The notes under the pieces: generated by a model
What the model was told of the DNA's origin: nothing
Database searches by the model: none
Seen by the model: the letters and a program-made list of their open reading frames with translations, nothing else
Position numbers and translations under genes: made by a program
In this document: one piece after another, positions 34,741-48,209 of the stretch
Position numbering within the stretch: the first letter of the stretch is position 1
Layout: every line of letters starts with the position of its first letter
Origin: Marsupella aquatica
Taxonomy: Eukaryota > Plantae > Marchantiophyta
Assembly (NCBI GenBank): GCA_973895155.1
Contig: OZ316896.1
Coordinates: forward strand, 4,006,738 to 4,070,737
Length of the DNA: 64,000 bases
Reading direction: 5' to 3'

Positions 34741-37700
34741 CTCGGACAATTTTGCACGCAAATATTGATTTACTAGCCCAACCCCAGGCCACATATCACA
34801 GTATTCAATAGTAAATGATATTGAACAAAAATATTGTGGAACATACATGACCAAGCAATCATATGCACGCTGGGAGTCAAAGAATCAATCTGGCAAATGG
34901 ATTTCAAGGAGTTTGTTAATTGTGGAGGAAAACTTTGGCACCTATAGGCCAGTCTCCTATACAAATTGAGAGAGTGAACATTGGCACATTTACGTGCATC
35001 TCGTTGTAAAAACAAATTGTGGATATAATCAAAGTCCCTCCCAAAGAGGCTTCCCACCATAAAGACATTTTGACAAAACTACGAGAAAGAAATAGGAGAT
35101 CGCAATTATAGTGTTGAGATTGAAACCCTCGGTAGAAGGGTTTCTGATGCCATTAGGCCCAGCCATTTACCCAATTGAGCCTTCAACAGAATTACTTCAT
35201 CAAGCAATAAAAAAAGATTAATGCATACTGAGGAAGTGCATGTTTGTCTTAGGATCCACAATTGCAAGAAATTAAATTATCATCTATCATCGACACATTT
35301 AAGCAGGGCTGGGATCAATGCGACTTGCAACATTTTCCATTCAAACCTGGACATGTGCAGAATGATCGACTCCACCATATAGTGTTCAGATTTGTTCTCG
35401 TTGTAATGTAAACTGCGACCAAACGTCTTTGTCGACAATTGCAGTGATTGATCGTCTTTGTCTTATTAGCTGAAGCCGATCAATCACTGCAAGTGTAAAA
35501 AACAAAATTAAACAATTCCTGCGATTGCTCCTCTCAATCTTGTGATCTGGGGTGCCAGAAAATTTAGAGCCGCTCCAATCTCACTAATTGGAACTCTATC
35601 AGAACCTTTCTCCTGACGTTACATACAGCATCAGTGCAGCTCTTTGTATGTGTTATAAAGGCAGGTGAGGTTTGTGAACAGAGAATCCAGATTAGAACAT
35701 GTTTCTCGCAGATCTAAGCTAAATGGACCTGTGAGCAGAGAAACGTCACTAACACCGTAGGAGAATGGTAGATCTTCATGTGGAGACCACACTTCATGCC
35801 CAAAATAACATTTTCACTTGAGCTTTTCATCTTCGCAAACGCGAGCAGTGCTGAGTGAAAGTCATTTGTGAAGTTCAGAGTCCCGATGCGGATGATCATT
35901 CTTCATGCAGTTAATAAATGCATATAAATGTTTTGCCCTGTTTTCCAAGTACAGTATAGTAGTTCCAAGATACTTTGGACAACTGTTTTCTTTTGCTTGC
36001 CGCTTCTCATGCCGGGACTTTGGGTAAAGGTCGTATATATATATAGCATATTCCGTTAAGGAGACAGTCCATTTCTTGCCAATTCTTCGGAAAATGACCC
36101 ACTCGAACCTGTCTCAGAGTTTGTGCCAATGAATAGGGTACTATGCATTATTGAGGCGCGAGACAACTTACGCCTTTACCAAGACATGCAGGTAAACATA
36201 GAGGTAGAAACAAGCTGCTCAAGAGCTTCGAATACAGTTTGCTATTCACGTTGCTATGATAAGTAAAAAAAGAAGCAAGCACCTGAAACATACAGCAGAT
36301 GGAATGAACAAGTAGATTGGTCTTCTTGCTTCAATCAGAACCTTTTAATGTCTTTGTATAAATAAGATCTTACACTTTCCCAGCGACGAGGATTGTTGAC
36401 GTCCACGTCTGAAGAAGAGTGTCGTCCTGAAGAATCTTGTCTTCATGGCTTGGCTTTGTAATCACATGACAGTAAGCGGTCTAATCCTTTGCCGTAGATG
36501 CTTCAAGTTCTCCTGCACCAATGCATCATAGCTTCAGCCTCCCTTTGTGAATAGTGTTCTTGAAAAAATTCGTAAACAATCACGAACACTGTTGCGCAAT
36601 GGAAAGTTGTGTCGTACTTTGCTTAGCGTGACCTTACACTTCTCAGGTGTTGCCAAATTAAAATACACTCATCCCGGAGAAGAATGACGTTCTATGCCTC
36701 GTTATCCATCCCATGATGCTTATCATTTCAAGCCATTTCACTTGCAGATGGTAAGGATTAAGTCATTTGCTGTGAACTTTACCTGTCAACCATCCAATTG
36801 TTCTGTCGTAGACTCAGCATCTGGCCCTTTACTGCTGACGTGAGTCAATATTACTCCATACCATCAAAATTCTTTCAGGAATACTGGCTTCAAGTTCTTG
36901 AGACGATCCTGCTGACCAAGTACAAATCCAAGGAGTTTAATGGGGTAGTTACCTTTTCAATTGAATGTCCTCTAGATGTAAAAGCTGGTAGGCTGGTACA
37001 ACATTATACTCTAGACGAGTATCAACCGCCATCCATTCATTCAGCAATGTCACTGCAACCACTTGGATACTTGCTTGCTCACGCTGCCAAGCTACAGCTT
37101 CTTATACAGTGCTCACTAAGATCCATCTTCTTCAATAGGTATTGCTATCATCTGCTTCAGTTGCCGACGCAGATCATATGTATTATCCAAAAGGTAGGAC
37201 GTCATTTTTTTTAAACTCAGCAAACTGCGACTGACTGTTCAGAACATCCCGTCCTCAAGACGAGCAGCTCTTCACTGATGACGCTACAGATCCATTTTCT
37301 GCAACACGTCCATCCCCTAAGCTCCAACCTCTTGAATGCCTCCCGTCACATCTCTTATCGTGGACTCACTGATATGTTTCCAAATTGCTTTACATTCCTC
37401 ACAACATAATAGTAATGTATCCACTCTTGAAGCAACATAGTGAAAGGTCAAAACCTAGAGAAAACTTTCAATCTCTGAGAGTTCTAGTGTCCAAGCCAGG
37501 CTTCACAGAGGCAGATCTGAATTCCAAACTGACCGAGTACATATATAAGAGAACTGATCCCTTCACCAATCCTTTTCAAAGGGAAATAGTCGTCGGCACC
37601 CATCAACAATGATGATGCTTCCATCCCAGAGAAGGCATCACTAGCTGACACCAGTTTCGGTTGCCTATTGAAGTTAGGACTGAAGCTACAGCCTGCACCC

Positions 37701-37904
37701 GCGAAGCTCTCACGTTTACCCAAACAGAGGACTGAAGCACTTTGGGTCGGTAATGCTGGCAGCTACAAATGTACAACATGGACACTTGATTTGTGAAGCT
37801 GGGCTCCTCCCGGACGTTAAAAGCCAATGTTGACGATTCAGTTCTCCGAAGGAATAAGCCATCCATAGCAAAAGTGCTGCCAAGACTCATAACTGACCCT
37901 GAAG

Positions 37905-39197
37905 TCACACTCCCAGAAAGGGATTCAGGCCGGGCTGAAAAGTAGAAACCGTCCATTTGTATTGACTTGGAACTGGAAGGTCTGGAGATTGACTGACAAC
38001 TGTAGGGCAAGGGAAAGAACTCCACTCATCCTCTTGCAAGTTGTAAGCCAGCATGATGCCACCTACAAATTTTGCAGACGCAAAGAATATGCAGTCACCA
38101 TCGCTAGCGGGGTGTTTTTCCAAGTTGCCGAAGTTGAGGACAGCAGGAGGACCACGGGTCACCTCCAACCATCTTCGAGACATAACATCAATCTTCAGCA
38201 CAACCACATTCTCCACAGAGAAAAAATGATTATACGCCACCATCAGCAAATTTTCATTACAGACGACCAGGTCCACGAGGCCAAACTGGAGCTCTATATC
38301 GATGGGCGGCATTTCGAAAACTTTGAAAGTACTTTCTTCGACAGAGAAGGCCAGGAGCCCACCACCGATCTCGTTGTTGCGTACCACCCGGTAGACAACT
38401 CCATTGAGATACGCGCAGTGGCTAAGAAATACTAAGTTTTCTGATTCATAGAGCTTGTTGCTACTCCATGTACTTGACTTGGAGTCATAGATTTGTGCCA
38501 GGCAGTAGCCAACATCTACGTAGAAAGCTATGACCTTATATGTCTCTGACGCTCTATGGGTCACCAATTTCGCATCAAGGTAATGTAATTTATCGTCAAG
38601 CTCAAGAGAGTACGCAGGGGGTCGAGGTGGCAGTTGCTTGCAGCTCCGGGTCAACATATTTGCCACATAGAGGGTGTATTTGCCTCTCCTAATGTCTCTC
38701 AGGCGAGTCGTTCGTCTAGGCTCCTGGTAGAAATCATCTCTTATCTCAGGAGAAGTGGAGACAAACAAGAGAGCTCCTGCTGTCTGTAGCTTTGATCGTC
38801 TGAACCGGGTGAGCAGATCCTCGGGGAGAAAAGAGAGTAGTGCGATCCGTTGCCAAGAGCGGGATGCCCGGTGGTACATCAAGTACTCTCCCTTGCCGAT
38901 GAAGACAGGGCAGAAGGTCTTCCAAGTGGAGGTGGACCACTCGCCCACCTGCTTCTGGAACGAGCTTGCAAGGGACTTCAATTCGCCATCTTGGCCAGAA
39001 ATTGAGGAGAATCTGGCACGCCATGATTTTGACAAGGCCCGAGCTTTGAAGATGAATGGGAAAGGTACCATTGCTAGAATCCTTGCCACCACATCTTCCG
39101 GTAAATTGATGCCCAACTCCTCTGCCCTCTGTTCAAATTTGTCACTTCGGGAGTCCTCCTCCGCTGGGGTCATGCTCACCTCTTCTCCGCCATCCAT
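37905..39197 (-). CDS. F-box protein with putative beta-propeller (kelch/FBA-like) C-terminus, intronless
   Basis: NLPEDVVARILAMVPFPFIFKARALSKSW F-box; LYVANMLTRSCKQLPPRP, YKVIAF, QIYDSKSSTW, AYLNGVVY, AYNLQEDEWS repeats. ATG at 39197. Confidence 0.9.
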   Translation of the reverse strand: MDGGEEVSMTPAEEDSRSDKFEQRAEELGINLPEDVVARILAMVPFPFIFKARALSKSWRARFSSISGQDGELKSLASSFQKQVGEWSTSTWKTFCPVFIGKGEYLMYHRASRSWQRIALLSFLPEDLLTRFRRSKLQTAGALLFVSTSPEIRDDFYQEPRRTTRLRDIRRGKYTLYVANMLTRSCKQLPPRPPAYSLELDDKLHYLDAKLVTHRASETYKVIAFYVDVGYCLAQIYDSKSSTWSSNKLYESENLVFLSHCAYLNGVVYRVVRNNEIGGGLLAFSVEESTFKVFEMPPIDIELQFGLVDLVVCNENLLMVAYNHFFSVENVVVLKIDVMSRRWLEVTRGPPAVLNFGNLEKHPASDGDCIFFASAKFVGGIMLAYNLQEDEWSSFPCPTVVSQSPDLPVPSQYKWTVSTFQPGLNPFLGV

Positions 39198-42100
39198 TTT
39201 CCCCGAGCTACGGCCCAATATCTTCTGATGGTTGATCGAAACGAACGTTTCAGCTCCCCTCTGAAGTTATCCACTGTTCTCCGGGGTTTGCTCTGTATCC
39301 ACTTCAGAAAACGCCCCAATAAGGAGAATCAGGATTATTGATCTAAGCAGGAATTTAACGAAATCCGATCCAATCCTATCGGCTCTGAGCCGGCCTACTC
39401 ATCAGTTCACTTGTTCGGGGCACACTTCCAAGTGTTGTGATGCTTCCTGACCTTCCGAAGCGGGTGCCTCTTGCCTTCCAGACCTCTTCGACAGCTGCTG
39501 ATGGGTGACCCACGATGATTAAAAGAGCCTTGCTATGGCCTCCTTGCCATGCAATTTGCCTGCACAGATATATTCCGGATCATCAAAAAACTTTAACAAG
39601 ATAGTCCTTTGTGGACCGCTCTAGATTCTAGCGCGGCTGGGCGGGCTGGCTCATCTTAGTGTTTGCAAGTTGAGTCCACCGTGCTTAAGGCATACGTCAA
39701 CTACTCTGACTCCGTCAATCCTTTGTCTACTACTACTCATGTACATGAAGGTGTTTATCCGAAAGAATAAACAACGAATTTTGGGTTAGCTCAAGGAATT
39801 TTCCAGGGTCACAAACATAACTTCATCACAACTTCCCGGAGCTCAGCAGCTCACCTTATTCCCATGGATGCTACCCAAAGCGCGGCCCCACGACAGCAGC
39901 TCAAGAAACAGCTCATCCCGCTCGAGTCCTGCCGAAGATGGCAACCCTTCGCCGTCACTTTCCTACAGTACAGGAGTGTAATCCACTCGAACACTAGGTC
40001 CGGTCCTGTCCTATCTAGAGATCAGCATCGCAACCCATATGCTGCTTCCATGACTTGGCGTACCAGACAGTCACCACTGTAGACTTGGGCCATCGCAGGT
40101 TTTGAAATTGTGCTTCCATGACCTGAGCCTCTCGGAGACTGTGCTCCCGCAATGCGGGGAGATTTGCGAGATTTGCGACTGTGAACGCCATCATGGACTA
40201 AACTGCCCAATGAATTGAGCAATTCATCTATAACGAAGCAATCCTGTGGGTAGCATCTGCCATTCTGCCTTGTTTGACACAATGTCTGCTGGCCGTGTAT
40301 GCCAAAAGAGAACAGTAGCAATAGCACGCTTGGCCATGGAGGTGCATCCGGACACCTGGACCTCTCCAGTGGTTGCGTTAGAATCAAGAGCATGGCGTGG
40401 CCTCGGCTCACGTCGATAGACTTTTGAAGAGAAGAGCCCGCAGGTGATTCCCGTTCTAGCGTATAAAGTCGATACATGTTTGAGTGAAGTAAAAGTGAAA
40501 CCAAAGCTGCCCGTCAAGATTCTTTTCCTCTTCTCCAATTTTTCGACCTGGAGCTTCAACTTTGTGAGCGGTGGATGTCATCCCCCGATGATTTACAGTT
40601 TGTGCGCTCCACAGAAGATATTCATACGCCAGCAGAGGTCCTTTTTATGATAAACTGGACATTTTAGACAGGACCTGTGATTCCACTTATTCGTTATTAG
40701 CTGCTCTGTTTCACAGAACAAAATCCAAAGTAATCCGAGGGCGACCTAATTGTTATCCCAGCAATCAGAACTGTCTACCGTTCCTTGCTGGATCTACAGG
40801 TTTTTGTGGCAAGGTGGATACTTTTAAGGTGTGTTATTGACCTCCAACGGCATGCTGTGAGTTCACAGGAAGGTCTGCCCAGTGACGCAGGATGATGTAT
40901 TGTGGTAACAGAATTGAAAGGTTCTTCCTCGGTCTTGGGTATTGGTAGGGGCTATGACTTGTAGTAACAGCTCCCCAACACAGAATCTTTAGATTGACTC
41001 GGTTTAAACGAAACTTGGAATCAAGCCGTATTACGGGCTAGACGAGGACGAATGTAATAGAGTGAACCATCATTACCAAAGCTTGAAAGGTGCAAATCCA
41101 AGCGAAACACCGACTGCAAAGATACAAAAGTGCAAATCTCATCTAAACATAAACCTGGCGACAAATGGAACAACCGATACTTACAGCTACACCTCAATCT
41201 TCTCTAATTATCATTTCAGAAAAGGCGTTTGGGCACCAGAGTTGAAACTGACCACCCAACGCCAGACGAGATCATTCAAACAAACAACCTCCATAGTACT
41301 TGAGATGGGACTGCCATTTCTAGATAGACCCATTTTTCTCACGCGGTTTGCAAACCTGACAGAACAAACTTCCTTTTTGGGTGGAAGAGAGACAATACAG
41401 CAGCTAGGTGAGCTCAGTTGTGGGAATCTTGTGCAAATTGTCGGTTCGAGTAATGTTTCATCTGAATAACACGATAAGACTGGCCATGCTGACTCCTGAT
41501 ATGAATTAACACGAATCTTCTGTCGTACTCTATATTATACTAGCTTCGGAAAGAAGACCTTTGCATGTCAAGACTTAGTGGCAGTAGGTACTTTGTTGTC
41601 CTAACTCTGGCAAGTCGATTGGGAATTGCTCCTTTCCAATCCTCATGCCTTCGAGGAACGACCCTGATCAAGCTAGTAGGCGGCAGTTTACATCTGGCGC
41701 ACCTATCACATTGTCAATCTTTCCCCGACTGCCATATCTGAAGAAGGTCAACTAGAGTTATGATTCTCACAACCTGTTGAAGACTTCCATTCCCAGGTTG
41801 TGAAGGAGACCGTCCTGCAGTTCTACTCCATTCAGATAAAAAGTACGGAAACCATAACTGATCTAAACATACAAGTTCCAACTGTGCCACATGAGTTCAC
41901 CATGGAACTATTGACTCTGTTTGTCAAGAAATGCTATCTAGTGTTGAAAAATTTCACGTCAGGGCAAAGTGGAACAGTTCCAGAAGGCTCATCCACCATC
42001 AGTATCCCCTGGCCCAAAGGAGTCATTGGCCTCATTAAGCGACTGGAGAAAATCGAGGAGCCTACACTCAGCCAACCCATGCTGCAGACCAGGGTGTCCA

Positions 42101-42623
42101 GATCCTGCTCTCAAGCTTGATGCAACACAAGACCCTACACTTGCCCTGCCCACCGGCATGCTGGAGCATCACCTCAAGAGGAGAAGAGCCCTGACAAAAT
42201 TATCAGATATGAGCTTGGCCCAATTTAAGATAAACTGCTTAGAAGTAGCCCACCTAATCCCTCTTCCCCTTGAACTTGGATGTTAGAAATGGTAAAGATA
42301 CAAATGCATTTGCCTATCCCTGCTTTGCTCAACAGATCCGAAACAAGACATCGACAGAACAGGAGTTCAATTAAAAATAACGAGCCAAACGAGAAGAAAG
42401 CATGCCAAAATGATAATAGCCACTGGTGTGGTCATGGGATTCTTTCTGAATAACCATACAAATAGTTACACAATTTTCAGCAAACGATGGCCCCAGGCAC
42501 TCATTTTTGCTGCCCATGCATCTTTCCTTTCACAAGGCAATCCAATCTACAGAAGCCCTCATCGCCACGGTTCTCCAGGATGGGCTTCATAAAAGGATGA
42601 AAGAGATAGCTGTGGGGTGCAGA

Positions 42624-45600
42624 CTAGTTCTCTTTCTCCAAATCCTGGTTATAAGGCGCAAAGAGAACTGATGAGTTGTGACCGCCAAAGCCAAAGCTGT
42701 TCGACAGGCCAACTTTGACATCTAGTCTCTGCTTCTGTTCCCCAACAACTACGGACATATCCTGCAACCATGACTATCCATTTCAGTATTTCAAAAGCAA
42801 GACCGCTACCTACGTCCAACCACATCCAGCATAATAAGGCTAATGAGTAGGTCCATAACACCCTTTCGACGGATGATTACGAATTCGGCCACGTGAATAA
42901 CGAGCTCCCAGTTAATGAAGCCAATTATCATATATGAAGCTACAAAGAAATGATAAGCATCACTTCATTTCCCAAGCACGTACCACTTCTGATTCTGGAG
43001 AAGAAAGGTTCAAGGTTGGATGGATCCAGCCCGTCCTGATTGCCTGCAAAATCCCAAAACCAAGGACCTCCTCTTAGGTTAGTACATCACAAGAGAACCC
43101 GATGGCCCGTTGAAGAGGACATTGAGCAAATTGATACATGACGCAGAACTGGGAAACGAGTGCAAACCAGACAGCATATTCAATCCAGCAGGAGTTGTCC
43201 CAACAATCAGTACTAAGGACCATCAGATCAATCATGACTATGTCGATGTCCAACTATGATGCTCCACCACTAGTCCAAGCTCTAAGGGTGTCGAGGCTAT
43301 AACAGTTGCTGCACATCAGCCTTGATCGATACCCAGTAAGGCTACAAAACTCACTGCAGGTAAGTACAAAATGACGGTACTTTAAACCAGGTAAGCCAGG
43401 ATTTTAACCAGAATAAAAGCTGTCAAAGTCGACAATAAAGTGAAAAGGCATTCTCAGATGACTACACTACCAAGATTATCAAAAGCATACGACACAGAGG
43501 TGAATCAACTACAAAATCTTCATTAACAATTGTGAAATAAAAATAAAAATTCAAATACAAGCTAAACTCAAGTCCACTACCAATTTCATAGTTCCACATA
43601 CCGCCTGAACGCGAGGTCAAGCCACAGGTGCCTCTTACAGACTCAGGTTTCTAAGTGACTAGACGAGAAAATGAAAAATGATGCCCGCAGAACACAAGCA
43701 CAGTAAACCAGAACAAGATCCAAAATGCAATTCGAGGCGATAATTCGTTGTGCCAAAACTGCCCGAAGTCCACTAGGGGCCATGCTTTCTCAGGATTATT
43801 ACGAGTGGAAAAGGGGGTCGAATCAGAAAGGACACAAAGGAACATCGCTTTCAAAGTCTTCTTGTCCTAGTAGAATGGAGAGACTTTCAACCCCAAATAA
43901 GGAGCACGGTGACAAAAAGTACAACATCGCAAAAGCAAGAGAATGCGAAACAGTGTCCTCATAATCCAAGACACCATCCAGATGGACAGATCAGAACCAG
44001 AGTATGAAAAGTCCTCTATTTTCCATGTCATTTCGTAACCCGTCTACTGGAGTACAGTGGGATACATCCTCATACAGAACAGTAGTGTATCCACTTCGAA
44101 CGTCAGACTAAAGCCAGTGACCACTGCTTAACCATTCCCTTTTCAATATCTTACGCAATCAACGAAGCTTCTTGAATCAAGATTATGAGCTGAGCAGGAG
44201 ACAAAATTCAATCATGTGATACCTGTGGTATCTTAAAACCGTCTAATCCAATGAATTTGAGGAGAATAAGATAAAACACCATAAATAAACCAGACCCAGT
44301 TTCTCTCCAATACCTGGATAGTCGCAATGGCCTCAACACCCCCTGCCGCTCCAAGTAAGTGGCCGATCATTGACTTGGTAGAATTTAATCTCAGCTGCAC
44401 AACAGCGCCGAAACATTGAGGTTTAGAGATAACTTTCCGGACAGTAGACATGACGGAAGGGAAATTCTGTTAAGGCACAACGGCCGGGACATTGAAGCGA
44501 GTTTTACTCTTATAATCGAATTTTCTCAGGTACCTCTGGGTTACCGCCAAAAACTCGCATTAAAGCTTTGTATTCCTGCAAGTCCCCGGCCTTGGTTGAT
44601 GTCGCGTGGGCATTCACATAGTTGACATCTTCTGCTCTGACTCCAGATGAAGCCAAGGCGTTCTCGATGCAGAGTCGAACTCCAGCACCTTCAGTAGACC
44701 AAAGCAATTGAAGTTGATAAAGCTAACTATGAAAAGATGTCTCTGAAAACAGTGATAATAAAACGATTGTTGAGAGAGAAGAATCCTCCATACCATCAGG
44801 ATGAGGTTCAGTCATATGATAAGCATCACAAGTGAAGCTTCCTCCCAGAAATTCGGCGTAGATTTCTGCACCACGAGCCTACGCAGCAGAGTTAAAGTGA
44901 ACGACTCAGCTGGGTGGAAAAACGTGGCAACTTGGGTCTTCAGTATTGTAGAAGGGATCATTACTGATTACATTTTATTCCCTCCAGCTTCAACAATCAA
45001 AGTGCATGCAATTAAGAAAATGATACGAGTCTATACTGGAAGATAACAACTAAAAGGAAATTCACCTTAGCGTGTTCTAACTCTTCCAAGACAAGAACTC
45101 CAGCTCCTTCACCCATTACAAAGCCATCGCGGCCCTGAAAAATATGACATCAATCAGCTTAACAACGAATCCCTCTCCATCAGTTCTCACCAAAATTTGG
45201 TCTCAATTTAAGTACTTCCTACAGAATTATGCCTCAATACAGTGAAGGACGTACAAAAAGGTGAGAGTGACAGAAGCTTCAACTAATCGACATCACAACC
45301 GTCAAGAGCAAAATGAACATGTACGTCTAAGAAGAAAGACGTATCGAGAACAACCTCAGAAACCTACTAAGTGCTTCACCCAAGTGACCAGTAGAGTTAG
45401 AACAAGTGTTTGGAAGATCCAGGAGTTGAAAATCATGACACATACCGAATCCCACGGCCGTGATGCTTTGCTAGGGTCTTTATTTCGCGTGGATAACGCT
45501 CTACACGCAACAAATCCTCCCAAACCTGGAGAAGTACCCAAACACTTTTAGTTCAATGGACGAAGCCATTACGATTAGAGATCAGTACGTCCTAAGACTC

Positions 45601-48209
45601 TTCACATTAGTTGCTAAGCGGAAAATGAGACGAGTGTACCAGAAAAGGCTGACAGAAATTATAGAACAGAACTCCCTTACCAATGGGTATAATTGCTGCA
45701 TCAGAACCACCAGACAGCATCACATCCTACAAGAAAATTAAACACGAACCGCTTGAGAAATGCTGAAACACGAAAGACAACAATACAGGTCGCCAGTATC
45801 CCCCGTGAATTTGAACAACTATAAATCCCACTAAAATCACGAGTGCAGTGACTCCATACGGACGTACACTTCAGTTCAACTAAGAAAAAACTTACAGCTT
45901 CGCCTCTTAGGATGTGATTAGCGGCACTGAGGATGCAGAAATTACTTGTAGCACAAGCTGTGGAGATGGAGTAATTTGGCCCCATCCATCCCTGGAAGAT
46001 ACGAGAGCACAAAGTGTCACGATTGGCTCAAAGGGAGGGTCCACCACGAATTCAACCGTTGCATCGTTAAGTAATTATGAATATCGAGCAAGAGGCTTGA
46101 CTGCCACGAGGATCTCACCAAGTCCATTGCTAACATAGCTGAACCCATATTTGTCGTCGCAAAGGGAACGCAAAATGGATTCATTTTCCTGTAGGACGTC
46201 CTCAGAGCCGCAATGGCGTCATTGAAAACCTGTAAAGGGAAACCAAGACGCGCTTCAGAAAACTTCCTTTCACTTCAGCGCAACCTACAGACCCCAGAAT
46301 TGGAACTACAGAGCGGTCCTCGGGTTCAAATTCTGGCAGTTGCATTTTTTCGTAAAGAAAAGCACCTGCATGCCGCCCATAGCTGACCCAATTAGAATGC
46401 CACATTTTGCCTTGTCTATATCATCAGTGATTCCCGCATCCTTCACAGCCTTCTTCCCGGCTGTAAGAAGATACAGCATAAACTTGTCCATTCGCTTGGC
46501 GAACTTAGGTGCCACCCACCCATCTGATGAAAAGTCCTTGACTTCCCCAGCAATTCTCTACACCGACGAAAATGTGGTCCAAATGACAATTAGTCAAAAT
46601 GCAGAGAACAATACAACGAAGGCCTAATTGGAAAGATTGGCAATACAGCCGCACATGAAGATGAAACTCCATCCAAACCAACGAATTTCTTGTAGGGTCC
46701 TATCTCAAATCTTCAACACCCAGACTGCAGGTCCAAGCTGCATTTCATATCTCACGAAGGACAAATCCAAATTGACTAATGCAAGAAAGAAGACTTGGAT
46801 TAAAATCTCAGCATATGGGAGTTGAGCACTTTGAAAAACAAAATCCACCGCTGCAAGACCCAAACAAATGCTCGTTCACTAGAAAAGAACGAGATTGCGG
46901 CAGAAGAAGTGAGGTTTGGATACGTACTGTGGGGAAGTCCGTGCAATCAAAACCTTCAATCTCACTAACTCCACTTCGTCCCTCCAGAAGATTGTCATAG
47001 AAAGTGTCCGCGTCATGTCCTAAAGGAGTCACCATACCCATACCGGTAACAACGACCCTCCTGTCTTTGGTAGCCACTTTCTTTTTCTCGACTGACTCTC
47101 TAACAGGATGCACAGCAATAGCCCTCACAGACTTTCCTGCAAAACAAGAAGTGGAGCTCAATTCAATATCATAGGTCCCAACTTTACGCTCCAGGAGCAG
47201 TCATTCATGAAATCCTTTCGAACTAACATACAAGCTGAAAAGGTGGGAGAATCTTCCAGCCACAGAAAAATGGCCTCTGTCCAAAAATGTCATTCCTCCC
47301 GTGTCACCCCCTCACCAGAAACGCATACTGCAGAGCTGGCATAGTATCCTTAGGGAAAATGAAGTGCAGCTGCAGGTCGAAAAAAAAATTTGTCACCGGG
47401 GACAAAGACGCCAGTCACCCATGAAGGAGGGCATTCATGAGTTCAACCCGCGCACGTAACAACAGCTCGGTGCCAATCAGTTCTTTCATCCCGTCGTTTA
47501 ACGCAAAGTCAAGAATACATCTTTCCATAGATCTTGCGGGTCTTGTGGATCTCCTTCCACCAGTATCAACTGTGCTCCGAGCCAACTAGGGCAGGAAATC
47601 TGCGCACTACCCACTGGTGATCCGCATTTGTTTACGGCAGAGACCTCTCAAACGCTCCTATCAAACACACGCTCCTACCGTACATGCTGATTGATTCTCA
47701 CCTGCTCCAGCGGCCCCAGCAGCCCTTGGTTTGGTGCCACGCCTGCGAGCAGCTCTTAAGGACTTGGATGATCTCGGGGTGCCGGAAATCCCATCCCAAA
47801 AAAACATGGTTTCACCGAAAATTCCAGCCATACCATCTCCGAAAATTTGAGGCTGTTTGTGATACTCCGGGCATGCCTCCAACGTCAGACATGAACCTAT
47901 TCCATTCAAGCTAGACCCGCAGAATGCCACAAGGTTCCCGTATGACAAGATGTCCGCCGTCTGTTGCCCAGGCCCTCCAGCTGACCCCCCGCCAAGACCA
48001 CCGCCCGTGAAAGGGGACCAGCCATCGCTAGTGAACTGTTTCAAGCGGGCGCTTCTCCTTCTTGATCGCCTCCTCCCTGCCGTCGACGCAGAAGGAGCCG
48101 CGCTCCTCACAGCTGCGTCCTCCCTTGCAAACCCGCCCACTGTGGTCGACAAATATGAGGCTATGAACCATCCACACAAAGGCGCTGCCACTCCCAATGC
48201 CATCGTCAT
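42624..48209 (-). CDS. KASII: 3-oxoacyl-[ACP] synthase II, plastidial (KAS II / FabF), 13 exons
   Basis: GT-AG exons: 48209-47702, 47136-46928, 46557-46366, 46229-46119, 45991-45896, 45726-45681, 45525-45446, 45134-45066, 44878-44794, 44688-44534, 44394-44314, 43043-42984, 42761-42624. Motifs: [13 protein letters not shown] (KASII N-terminus), [20 protein letters not shown] (catalytic Cys), [32 protein letters not shown]. Confidence 0.95.

Noticed and set aside
35550-37750. Possible degenerate F-box/LRR gene on the minus strand
   Set aside because: Only faint fragments (for example KMDLS and VSD) were seen, too weak to call.
40170-40970. Possible F-box pseudogene on the plus strand (WTKLPNEL)
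   Set aside because: Single short motif with no supporting downstream domain.
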